Shown piece by piece: positions 39,926 to 48,575 of a DNA stretch of 64,000 nucleotides; the first letter of the stretch is position 1; each line of letters begins with the position of its first letter. The notes beneath the pieces are model-generated. The model was given only the letters and a program-made list of their open reading frames with translations, was not told the origin of the DNA and searched no databases. Made by a program: the position numbers and the translations under genes. The DNA is from Candidatus Delongbacteria bacterium (GTDB lineage Bacteria; CAIWAD01). Where the stretch lies: NCBI GenBank assembly GCA_963663545.1, contig OY760505.1:512001-576000 (forward strand). Direction: 5' to 3'.

Positions 39926-39938
39926 TTCCGTTACCTCC

Positions 39939-39953
39939 GATAGTAACACTATC
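39939..39953. promoter_or_regulatory. Putative autoregulatory operator of the TA pair
   Basis: GATAGT-AAC-ACTATC palindrome abutting the RBS. Confidence 0.5.
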
Positions 39954-40078
39954 AAATCTCAACTGCTACACGAAGGTTCGAGAATCACGATTTTTCGGGC
40001 TGCGTTCCCACTTTTTCGGTGCCTGTTCCTCCCGGGTTCCCTACTGTCAAAGCCACCTGACGCTTTCGATTCGCCCGC

Positions 40079-42388
40079 CTATTTCCCAAACGGTAGGCTG
40101 CAGGTCAGCGCCAGGCCATCGCCCGAGGGCGTCGTTCCCAGACTTAGCTGTCTGCCGGTCTCGGGGCGCGGACCGCCGCCCCAGAAGTGCGCGTCCAGCA
40201 CCGCCAACAGATAGCAGCCACCCACGGTGATCAGGGCGAGCTGATTCAGGCTGTCCTGATCCTCCATCTCCTGATGGGCCGACCTCATGCGACCATAGGC
40301 CTCGTCGATGTCGGCTTGTGTCACGGCGCTATGGTAGTCGTCGCTGGCCAGGTCGTAGTCGTCGCGGGCCGCGCTGTGGTCGTTCATGCTCTGATAGGCC
40401 AGATAACCGCCGCCCAGCACACCCGCCATGTAGATCAGTCCGCGCCACTGTTTGTGTTCCAGCTGGCCCCAGCCGGGCAGCAGCGCGCTGTGCAAGAGCG
40501 CCTGGTGGTGCTCGTGCTGCCACGCGACGTAGGCCTCGCGCGAAAGCACCGCGCTGATGTCAGAGCGCCTGCCGTGCTCGATTGTAACACGCCGAGTGAA
40601 GCTGGCGTAGTCGTCCATGCGCACACTTAGTTCGTAGTCGCCTGTCGGCAGGTCGTTTTCCTGCAGGGGCGCGCGGCCCAGGCGGCGTCCGTCCAGAAAG
40701 ACTTCCGCGTCCAGGGGCTCGGAGATGACACGCAGGCTGCCGGTCATGCGCACCAGCGTCGGCGCAAGTTGTCGCTCGTCTCCAATGGCCAGATGCACGG
40801 TCTCGCTGTGTGATACGTGATCCTGCAGCTCTATGCTTATCGCATAACTGCCGGGGGCCAGTTTCAGCTCGCAGGGCGTTGTGCCCAGCAGTCTGCTGCC
40901 CTGACGCACGCTGGCACCCGCCGGAGTGCTACGTACTTTTAGCGTGCCGAAGTCGGCCGAAAGGTCGGCGCGCACGGTGGTGGTCTCGGCGTCGCGCACC
41001 TGCGTACTGGCCTGATAGTCGTTGTAGAGCTCCTGTGTCACGCGCACGGTGTGGGTGCCCGAAGGAATGCGCGTGCGTGTCACGGGTGCTTTGCCCCAGC
41101 TCTCGCCGTCCACATAGACCTGCGCACCCTCAACCGGACACATCACGCTCAGCGTACCGAAGGCGGGCTCCAGCCGCAGCGTGAGCGTTTGTGCCTCACC
41201 CGCCGTGACACGAAATTCCTGCTGCAGGTCGTGATACAGCGGCGCACGCAGACTTACTCGGTGCGCACCGGAGGCAAATTGCGTAAGCTGCAGCGGAGTG
41301 GTGCCGCGCGGCTGTCCGTCCAGAATGACCTCGGCACCGGTGGGTTCGCTGGTGATACGCAGCGGGGCGAAGTCCTCCTCGAGCACGGCGGTGACACGCT
41401 GCACATCGTCGGCGCTCACTTCCACCGCCTGGCGGAAAGGCAGATAGAGGGGCAGGGTTACTTCAAGCTGGTGCATGCCCGCGCTGATGCCGTCTACGTT
41501 GCAGGTTGTAACACCGCGCTCGACGCCGTCCAGCAGCACGCGCGCGTTACCCGGTTGCGAATCGATGACCAGCATGCCCTTGCCGGAATCCGCCTGTGTC
41601 ACCTGACTCTGGCCGCTCTGGAACTGCGGATTCAGCTCGGGGTTATGCCCCGGCACCAGATTCAAGCTCTGTGTCCAGTCGCGATAGCCTTCGCGCGCCA
41701 GCAGCAGTTCGTGGCTGCCGGGGCTGAGCACCAGTTTGAGGGCACCGGTGGCGGGCACGCTCATCCAGCCCATCGGTCGCTTATCCACGACGACAAAGAC
41801 CGTTTCGGACGCAGGCAGGGTCAGTGCGACTTCCGCCTGGCTGAGGCCCTGTGTCACGCCGGTCAGCTCGCTGGCAACCAGACGAAAGAGCCGCACGGCG
41901 GCGGGTCTGGCCTTGTCGACAATCTCCATGAAGACCTGCCCGCGCACTTCCTCCGAGGCCAGAAAACGTCCGTCACCGGTGGCGAAGAGGTTGAGCTGCA
42001 GGCGATACTCGCCCTCCTCGCTGAAGAGGAAAAGATTGCTGGAGAGCAGCCAGTTGGCCGCCAGGGTTCGCGCCAGGTCCAGAGCACAGGTTGCCTCGCT
42101 GCACTCGCGCGGGTCCAGGCCGGAGTCCTCCAGCAGCGAGAGGGTGTTCTCTTCGGTGACCACCGTTAGCAGCTGGCCGACCTCGTTGGCGGCCTCGCGG
42201 CGCAGGCTGTTTTCCAGATAGCCCAGGTCGCGTCCGCTGACGTCCACCTGGTCCAGCGGTGTGCCGTCGACGACGGCCAGGCGGTAGTTGGCAAACTCCT
42301 GGGCTTGAGCCGCGACCGTCAACAGCAAGGCGCTGGCTAGAAGTAGAAGCCAGGGGCGGAGCTGCGCCCGGCAGAAAATGTGATTCAT
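40079..42388 (-). CDS. Exported multi-PEGA protein with C-terminal membrane-associated (DUF5683-like) region
   Basis: Signal peptide, about six S.P.GA.V.LDG...G.TP repeats, SALLPGWGQ motif. Confidence 0.82.
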   Translation of the reverse strand: MNHIFCRAQLRPWLLLLASALLLTVAAQAQEFANYRLAVVDGTPLDQVDVSGRDLGYLENSLRREAANEVGQLLTVVTEENTLSLLEDSGLDPRECSEATCALDLARTLAANWLLSSNLFLFSEEGEYRLQLNLFATGDGRFLASEEVRGQVFMEIVDKARPAAVRLFRLVASELTGVTQGLSQAEVALTLPASETVFVVVDKRPMGWMSVPATGALKLVLSPGSHELLLAREGYRDWTQSLNLVPGHNPELNPQFQSGQSQVTQADSGKGMLVIDSQPGNARVLLDGVERGVTTCNVDGISAGMHQLEVTLPLYLPFRQAVEVSADDVQRVTAVLEEDFAPLRITSEPTGAEVILDGQPRGTTPLQLTQFASGAHRVSLRAPLYHDLQQEFRVTAGEAQTLTLRLEPAFGTLSVMCPVEGAQVYVDGESWGKAPVTRTRIPSGTHTVRVTQELYNDYQASTQVRDAETTTVRADLSADFGTLKVRSTPAGASVRQGSRLLGTTPCELKLAPGSYAISIELQDHVSHSETVHLAIGDERQLAPTLVRMTGSLRVISEPLDAEVFLDGRRLGRAPLQENDLPTGDYELSVRMDDYASFTRRVTIEHGRRSDISAVLSREAYVAWQHEHHQALLHSALLPGWGQLEHKQWRGLIYMAGVLGGGYLAYQSMNDHSAARDDYDLASDDYHSAVTQADIDEAYGRMRSAHQEMEDQDSLNQLALITVGGCYLLAVLDAHFWGGGPRPETGRQLSLGTTPSGDGLALTCSLPFGK

Positions 42389-42525
42389 GCTGCTTCCCGT
42401 TCCTTCGTGACACGCTGTTTCGTGCCCGGGCAAAGTAGCAAAGCCGCTATCGAATGGAAAAGGAAGTGTTCCCCAGCTTCGGTGCTCGCCTCTTGAGTCT
42501 GCAACCACCTCCAGGCTGAGTGCTT

Positions 42526-43449
42526 CTACTCCAGCACCTCCAGCACCTCCAGCACCTCCACCACTTGCGACAAGGTGCTAGTGGAGTGGCCATCGCTTGC
42601 TGTCATTACGATGGTGTACGTCCCTGCTGCTTCGGCAGACAATCGAAGAAAGAGAGAGTGTTCCTCAACAGTGGAGGCCAGCACCTCAATTCCCTGCGGC
42701 ACCTCAAAGCCCAGTTGCACGCTCTCATCGTTCGGGTCGTAGGCCGCAACACCAATCTCGAAGCTCTCACCCGCGTGAATTCCAGTAGCAGGATCACAGA
42801 ACTCGCCAAGGAACCTGGGGGGTAGCTGCATCACATTCAGTGTGCAACACACACTGGCGGAAAAGGCCAGATTGGCGACATTGACTTGTACAATGGCCTC
42901 GCCGGCTTGTCGACAGCGAAAGTGAAAACGATCCTGACCGATGCCTTGTGATACAATGCCTTGTGTGGTCGACCATTCGTAGCTAAGCGCAAAGCGATCG
43001 TCCTTGCTGTGACACCTAATCCCAACTCCATCTTCCGGGTGTACCTGAACGCTCTCTGGCTCAAGGTAAACTACAGGAACTCCCGGCTGTGCTACATCAA
43101 CCACAAGCTGCTCCAGATACCTCTGGGTGTCGTTAGAAACTGTGACACGCAGAAGCTGCTGCTCCGGCCCCAGGGGCGGAATCCAGCGCAACTTGGAGCC
43201 GGCAAAACTCTCTTCGTATTCGCCCTCCAGCTCCCAGTGGTAGTGCCACTCATCGTACTGTCCGAAACTCACAATGCAATCGACTATTGTCTCCGTGCCA
43301 CACACGGCGGCCGGTGATACATTCACTTCTACATGTGGATCGTCCACAATACGCAGGGGATCCTCATCAGAATCCATGATGCTGCAAGCAGTGAGAAGAA
43401 GAATGGGCACGAGGATGATCACAACGCGAGAGCGCACGTTTGCCTCCAT
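42526..43449 (-). CDS. Lipoprotein with PKD/Ig-like repeats
   Basis: LTA-C lipobox, LSYEWS, AYDPND, TASDG; ends in (VLE)3 encoded by a 9-bp tandem repeat. Confidence 0.65.
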   Translation of the reverse strand: MEANVRSRVVIILVPILLLTACSIMDSDEDPLRIVDDPHVEVNVSPAAVCGTETIVDCIVSFGQYDEWHYHWELEGEYEESFAGSKLRWIPPLGPEQQLLRVTVSNDTQRYLEQLVVDVAQPGVPVVYLEPESVQVHPEDGVGIRCHSKDDRFALSYEWSTTQGIVSQGIGQDRFHFRCRQAGEAIVQVNVANLAFSASVCCTLNVMQLPPRFLGEFCDPATGIHAGESFEIGVAAYDPNDESVQLGFEVPQGIEVLASTVEEHSLFLRLSAEAAGTYTIVMTASDGHSTSTLSQVVEVLEVLEVLE

Positions 43450-43635
43450 GTTCCTTGTGTCTGCATTACGACTTCACCAATGAAGTCCGTGTTACAAGTG
43501 GTAGCCAGCGTTCAAATACTAGACTTCAACTTATGTGCGTTGCCCGTGTTTGATTCGGTGCAAAGCTAGGGTATTGGCCTGCAATGCACCAGGGGCAATT
43601 TCGCTAATGGCATGATGCCCTTCCGATTACGGCTT

Positions 43636-43657
43636 CGATACCGATACCGATACCGAT
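43636..43657 (+). repeat. (CGATAC)n microsatellite tract
   Basis: CGATACCGATACCGATACCGAT. Confidence 0.8.
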
Positions 43658-43759
43658 CAGTATGAGAAGAAGCGGACACACCGCCCGCTTCTTATCGTTC
43701 AAAACTCTTCCTTCGCGCTCTCTGTGTCTTGGCGCGAGAATCTTCTCTTCTACGAAGCC

Positions 43760-45802
43760 TCAGCCAATCAGACCATCGCGGCGCAGCAGCGCGTCGGGAT
43801 CAGGCTGACGACCACGGAAGGCGACGTAGAGGTCCATCGGCGGAGCCGTGTTGCCGCGAGCCAGTACGTTCTCGCGGAAGCGCTTGGCCACTGCCTTGTT
43901 GAAGATGCCCTGCTCCTGGAAATAGCCGAAGGCGTCGGCGTCCAGCACCTCGGCCCACTTGTAGCTATAGTAGCCCGCGCTGTAGCCACCGGCGAAGATG
44001 TGCGCGAAGGAACAGGACATGATGCTGCCTTCGACGCGCGGCAGGAGCTGGGTGCTCTCCATCGCGGCGATTTCCTGACTGGGTACGTCCTTGATGTTGG
44101 CGGGATCCTGGTTGTGCCAGCCCATGTCCAGCAGGCCGAAGCTCACTTGACGCAGACCACCCCAACCGGCCATGAAAATGCGCGCCTTGCGCATGCGCTG
44201 TACCAGCTCTGCCGGGATAGGCGTGCCGTTCTCGTAGTGCTTGGCGAAGAGGTCGAGGGTTTCGGGTTCGTAGACCCAGTTCTCCATAACCTGGCTTGGC
44301 AGCTCGACGAAATCCCAGAAGACGCTCGAGCCGGAAAGGCTGGTATAGGTGCACTCCGACAGGAGGCTGTGCAGGGCGTGACCGAACTCGTGATACAGCG
44401 TGGTCACCTCGTCCAGGCGCAGCAGGCTAGGACGCGTCGCCGTGGGCGGCGTGAAACTGCAGACCACCGCAACATGGGGCCGCAGAATCTTGCCGTGACG
44501 CAGACCCTGGCTGCGATAGCCGGTGCACCAGGCGCCGCCACGCTTTTCCTCGCGCGGGAACAGATCGAGATACAAAAGGCCCATGTGGCGCTCGCCCTCG
44601 AGCACCTCGAAGACCTGCACGTCCTTGTGATACACCGCCAGCTCTTTGCGCGGGCGGAAAGTGATACCGTAGAGGCGACCGGCCACTTCGAACATACCCT
44701 GCAGCGTGGGCTCCAGCGGGAAGTAGGTGCGCAACTCTTCCTCGTCCAGGTCGTAGCGCTCACGCTTGAGCTTCTCGCTGTAGTAGCCGGTATCCCAGGG
44801 CATGAAATCCGTGATACCGTCGAGGCGCGCGGCGATTTCCTTCAGGTCCTCCAGATCCTTGGTGGCGGCGGCCATCAAGGGCTTGTGCAGGCGGTCAAGG
44901 AATTCCAGCACCGCCTCCGGCGTCTGGGCCATACGACGCTCCAGCGTATAGCGGGCGTGAGTCTCGTAGCCCAGCAGCTGCGCGCGCTCGTGACGCAGAC
45001 GCACAATGCGCAGGATCAGATCCTGGTTGTCGAAGTCGTCCTTGAAACTGCGGCTGCTGTGGGCGCGATAGACCTTCTCGCGCAGATCGCGACGCGTGCT
45101 GTAGGTCATCAGCGGCTGCATGCTGGGCTGCTGCAGCGTGAACACCCAGCCCTCCAGCTTGCGCTTCTCGGCTTCCTGTGCGGCAGCCTGACGAGCGCCC
45201 TCCGGAATGCCATCCAGATCGGCCTCGTCACTCAGATGCAGCGTGAAAGCGGCCGTGGCCTTGAGCAGATTCTGCGTGTACTGCGGGCTCAGCGTGGAAA
45301 GCTCCTGGTCGATGGCACGCAGGCGCTCCTGCTTCTCCGGCGGCAACTGGGCACCGTTGCGGGCAAAACCCGTGTAGGTTTCCTCCACCAGGCGCAGTTG
45401 CTCGGCGTTCAGCCCCAGTGTATCACGGCGATCATACACACTGCGCACACGCGCAAAGAGGCCGGCGTCCAGCGAGAGGTCGCTGTCGAAGGTGGCCAGT
45501 TTGGGCGAGAGGGGCTCGGCCAGCTTCTGGAACTCCTCGTCGCCGCTGGTGCCGAACAGGGTGAAGTAGATGCCCGCGGTCATCCCAAGCTCTTCGCCCA
45601 GGGATTCGAGGGCCAGAATGGTATTGTCGAAATCGGGCTCAGCCGGATTCGTCTTCAGCTCTTCCAGGCGCTTGTAGGCAATGGCCAGCGCCTCATCCAC
45701 CGCAGGCATGTAGTGCTCGGTGCGGATCTCGTCAAAGCGCACATTGCCGAACTCGTTGTCAGCTGGCATGAAAGGCTGCAGGGCAGCGGAAATCTGACTC
45801 AT
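43760..45802 (-). CDS. dcp: M3 family peptidyl-dipeptidase / oligopeptidase
   Basis: KRGGAW, HEFGH, DFVELPSQ, GYYSYKWAEVLDAD. Confidence 0.92.
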   Translation of the reverse strand: MSQISAALQPFMPADNEFGNVRFDEIRTEHYMPAVDEALAIAYKRLEELKTNPAEPDFDNTILALESLGEELGMTAGIYFTLFGTSGDEEFQKLAEPLSPKLATFDSDLSLDAGLFARVRSVYDRRDTLGLNAEQLRLVEETYTGFARNGAQLPPEKQERLRAIDQELSTLSPQYTQNLLKATAAFTLHLSDEADLDGIPEGARQAAAQEAEKRKLEGWVFTLQQPSMQPLMTYSTRRDLREKVYRAHSSRSFKDDFDNQDLILRIVRLRHERAQLLGYETHARYTLERRMAQTPEAVLEFLDRLHKPLMAAATKDLEDLKEIAARLDGITDFMPWDTGYYSEKLKRERYDLDEEELRTYFPLEPTLQGMFEVAGRLYGITFRPRKELAVYHKDVQVFEVLEGERHMGLLYLDLFPREEKRGGAWCTGYRSQGLRHGKILRPHVAVVCSFTPPTATRPSLLRLDEVTTLYHEFGHALHSLLSECTYTSLSGSSVFWDFVELPSQVMENWVYEPETLDLFAKHYENGTPIPAELVQRMRKARIFMAGWGGLRQVSFGLLDMGWHNQDPANIKDVPSQEIAAMESTQLLPRVEGSIMSCSFAHIFAGGYSAGYYSYKWAEVLDADAFGYFQEQGIFNKAVAKRFRENVLARGNTAPPMDLYVAFRGRQPDPDALLRRDGLIG

Positions 45803-45822
45803 CTCTTATCCTTCCGTTCGAT

Positions 45823-47220
45823 CTACAGATGCAGGGCGCGGTCGCCGGTGGCAGCCAGCGCAGCTTCTTTGATTGCTTCACTGAATGTCGGATGGGCGTG
45901 ACACATGCTGGCCAGATCCTCTGCGCTGGCGTGATACTCCATGGCCGTGACAGCCTCGGCGATCATGTCCGCACAGCGGGGGCCGATCATGTGGACGCCA
46001 AGAATCTCGTCGCTTGCGGCATCGACGATCACCTTGACAAAGCCCTCCTTGTCCCCTGCCGCACGCGCGCGCCCCAGAGCGACAAAGGGAAAACGGCCAA
46101 CGCGAATCTCGCGACCGCGTTCTTTCAATTCTTCTTCGCTTGCACCCACAGCGGCCACTTCCGGCCAGGTGTACACCACACCGGGAATGGTGCCATAGTT
46201 CAGGTGCGGCTTGTGTCCAGCTATACGCTCGGCCACCGCCACGCCCTCTTCCTCGGCCTTGTGAGCCAACATGGCGCCGCCGATCACATCACCGATGGCC
46301 CACAAACCCTTTGCCGACGTGCGCAGCTCCGCATCCACTTGCAGGAAGCCGCGCGGGCCGGTTTGCAGACCGACGCTCTCAAGCCCCAGACCTTCGGTGT
46401 AAGGACGGCGACCAATGGCCACCAGGCAATACTCCGCCTCCAGCTCCAGTTCGCGCCCCTTGGCGTCAACGGCCTTCAGTAGCACGTCTTCACCGCGGTT
46501 GACCAGCTCGCTGACCTTGGCGCCCAGATGAAAGCGGAAGCCCAGCTTCTTCAGCGAGCGTTCCAACTCCACGCCCAGCTCGCCGTCCATGGTGGGCAGA
46601 CAGCGATCCAGCGCTTCCACCACCGTAACCTTCGTGCCCAGGCGGGCGTACACCGAGCCAAGCTCGAGGCCGATAACGCCGGCGCCGATCACCAGCAGGG
46701 TCTTCGGCGCTTCAGGCAGCGAAAGAGCCTCCGTTGAGGTGATGATACGCTGTTTGTCACACGGCGCGAAGGGCAGGTTGGTGGGCTTGGAACCCGTGGC
46801 CAGCACGATTTCCTTTGCCTCAAGGGTGCTCTCGCCCTCGTTCGTCTTCACCGTGACACGACCGGGACCGTCCAGGCGCCCGTGGCCGTGGATCACGGTG
46901 ATACCGTTCTTCTCCATCAGCTTGGCAATGCCAGTGGCCGTGATACCGACCACTTGATCCTTGCGCTTGCGCATCTGGCCGAAGTCCAGACTCAAGCCTT
47001 CGACGCCAATGCCGTGCTGCTTGAAGTTCTTGGCGGCGTTGTGGTAGTGCTCGCTGGAATCCAACAGCGCCTTGCTGGGAATGCAACCCACATTGGTGCA
47101 GGTGCCACCCAGGCTGGGATAGCGCTCGATCAGCGCAACCTTCAGACCCAGTTGTGCGGCCCGAATGGCACACACGTAGCCGCCTGGACCGCCGCCGATT
47201 ATACACAGGTCGTAGCTCAT
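45823..47220 (-). CDS. lpdA: Dihydrolipoamide dehydrogenase (E3)
   Basis: GGGPGGY, GGTCTNVGCIPSK, HAHPT. Confidence 0.97.
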   Translation of the reverse strand: MSYDLCIIGGGPGGYVCAIRAAQLGLKVALIERYPSLGGTCTNVGCIPSKALLDSSEHYHNAAKNFKQHGIGVEGLSLDFGQMRKRKDQVVGITATGIAKLMEKNGITVIHGHGRLDGPGRVTVKTNEGESTLEAKEIVLATGSKPTNLPFAPCDKQRIITSTEALSLPEAPKTLLVIGAGVIGLELGSVYARLGTKVTVVEALDRCLPTMDGELGVELERSLKKLGFRFHLGAKVSELVNRGEDVLLKAVDAKGRELELEAEYCLVAIGRRPYTEGLGLESVGLQTGPRGFLQVDAELRTSAKGLWAIGDVIGGAMLAHKAEEEGVAVAERIAGHKPHLNYGTIPGVVYTWPEVAAVGASEEELKERGREIRVGRFPFVALGRARAAGDKEGFVKVIVDAASDEILGVHMIGPRCADMIAEAVTAMEYHASAEDLASMCHAHPTFSEAIKEAALAATGDRALHL

Positions 47221-47324
47221 TGCATCTCCGGTCTCGCTAACGCAGTCCACGCAGGGAAAGGGACTGCATCACATTCTCGTATCACAGCGTCACACACGGC
47301 CAAGGGCAATGCGTACCGCACAAT

Positions 47325-48572
47325 CTACACACCCAGCAGCAATCGGGCAGGCGATTCCACCTGCTCCTTGATGCGCTTGAGGAAGCCGACGGATTCGCGG
47401 CCATCAATCAGGCGATGATCGTAACTCAGCGCCAGATACATCATCGGACGTATCACCACTTGCCCTTCCACAGCCACAGGCCTTTGCTGAATCGTGTGCA
47501 TACCCAGAATGGCGCACTGCGGAGGATTCAACAACGGCGTCGAAAGAAGCGAGCCAAAGACACCTCCGTTGCTGACGGTAAAGGTGCCGCCGCTCATTTC
47601 GTCAATGGTCAGCCGACTGTCGCGCGCGCGCTGCGCCAGCCGCTGCAGTTCCAGCTCTACCTCCGGCAGACTCAACGATTGCACATCGCGTATCACGGGA
47701 ACCAACAGCCCCTTGGGCGCACTGACCGCGACACCGATGTCCACGTACTCGTGCCCGACAATCTCGTCGTCCTCCAGGTAGGAGTTGACCAGCGGGAATT
47801 CCTTCAGCGCTCGGCAGGCGGCGAGCACAAAGACTCCCACCAGTCCCAGCTTGACGCGGTGCTTCTGCTGAAAGGCCTGTCCCGCCTCGCGACGCAGCTG
47901 CATCACGGCGCTCATGTCCACCTCGTTGAAGGTGGTCAGCATGGCGGTCTGGTTGCGCGTTTCGACCATGCGGCGCGCCAGCTTTTTTCGTAGCTGGCTA
48001 AGCGGCTTGCGTGTTACATCGCGGGAGTCTACCGCTGCTGCCATGGGCGCACGCGATTGTGCATTGGTCTCCGTCGACACGGGCTGCTGCAAATGATGCA
48101 TCACGTCGCTCTTGGTGATACGGCCATCCTTGCCGCTACCGGTGATACGTGCCGCATTCAGGCCGTGCTCTTCGATCATGCGCGCTGCAGCCGGAGAGGG
48201 CCAGTGCTTATCCGCAACTCCGTCGGCAACGGCTTCTACCCTTGCGACATCGGCGCGAGCTGTTGCGGCGCTTTCAGGCTCGACTTCAGTCGTCTTAGCC
48301 GCTGGCTCCGCAGGCTGATCAAGGGTCCCGGCGAGTTCGCTCTCGTCAATCTCGGCCAGAAGCGAACCTACTGCCACCGTAGCTCCAGCTTCCGCCCTGT
48401 GGTGTAACACACCGGCGCGATCGGCAACCACCATCAGCGTGGCCTTCTCGCTCTCGATCTCGGCGATTTCCTCGTCGACGTCCACCGGCTCGCCGTCCTC
48501 CTTGAGCCAGGCGGCCAGTACGACTTCACTGATGCTTTCGCCGGGGCTGGGAACGTGAATCTCGCTTGCCAT
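47325..48572 (-). CDS. sucB: Dihydrolipoamide succinyltransferase (E2)
   Basis: Lipoyl domain (ESEKA), [28 protein letters not shown]. Confidence 0.95.
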   Translation of the reverse strand: MASEIHVPSPGESISEVVLAAWLKEDGEPVDVDEEIAEIESEKATLMVVADRAGVLHHRAEAGATVAVGSLLAEIDESELAGTLDQPAEPAAKTTEVEPESAATARADVARVEAVADGVADKHWPSPAAARMIEEHGLNAARITGSGKDGRITKSDVMHHLQQPVSTETNAQSRAPMAAAVDSRDVTRKPLSQLRKKLARRMVETRNQTAMLTTFNEVDMSAVMQLRREAGQAFQQKHRVKLGLVGVFVLAACRALKEFPLVNSYLEDDEIVGHEYVDIGVAVSAPKGLLVPVIRDVQSLSLPEVELELQRLAQRARDSRLTIDEMSGGTFTVSNGGVFGSLLSTPLLNPPQCAILGMHTIQQRPVAVEGQVVIRPMMYLALSYDHRLIDGRESVGFLKRIKEQVESPARLLLGV

Positions 48573-48575
48573 GCT

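Noticed and set aside
42526..42556. 9-bp repeat (CTCCAGCAC)3 as a phase-variation switch
   Set aside because: In frame and at the extreme C-terminus, so slippage would only alter a short tail
43724..45901. 725-aa plus-strand ORF
   Set aside because: Antisense shadow of dcp
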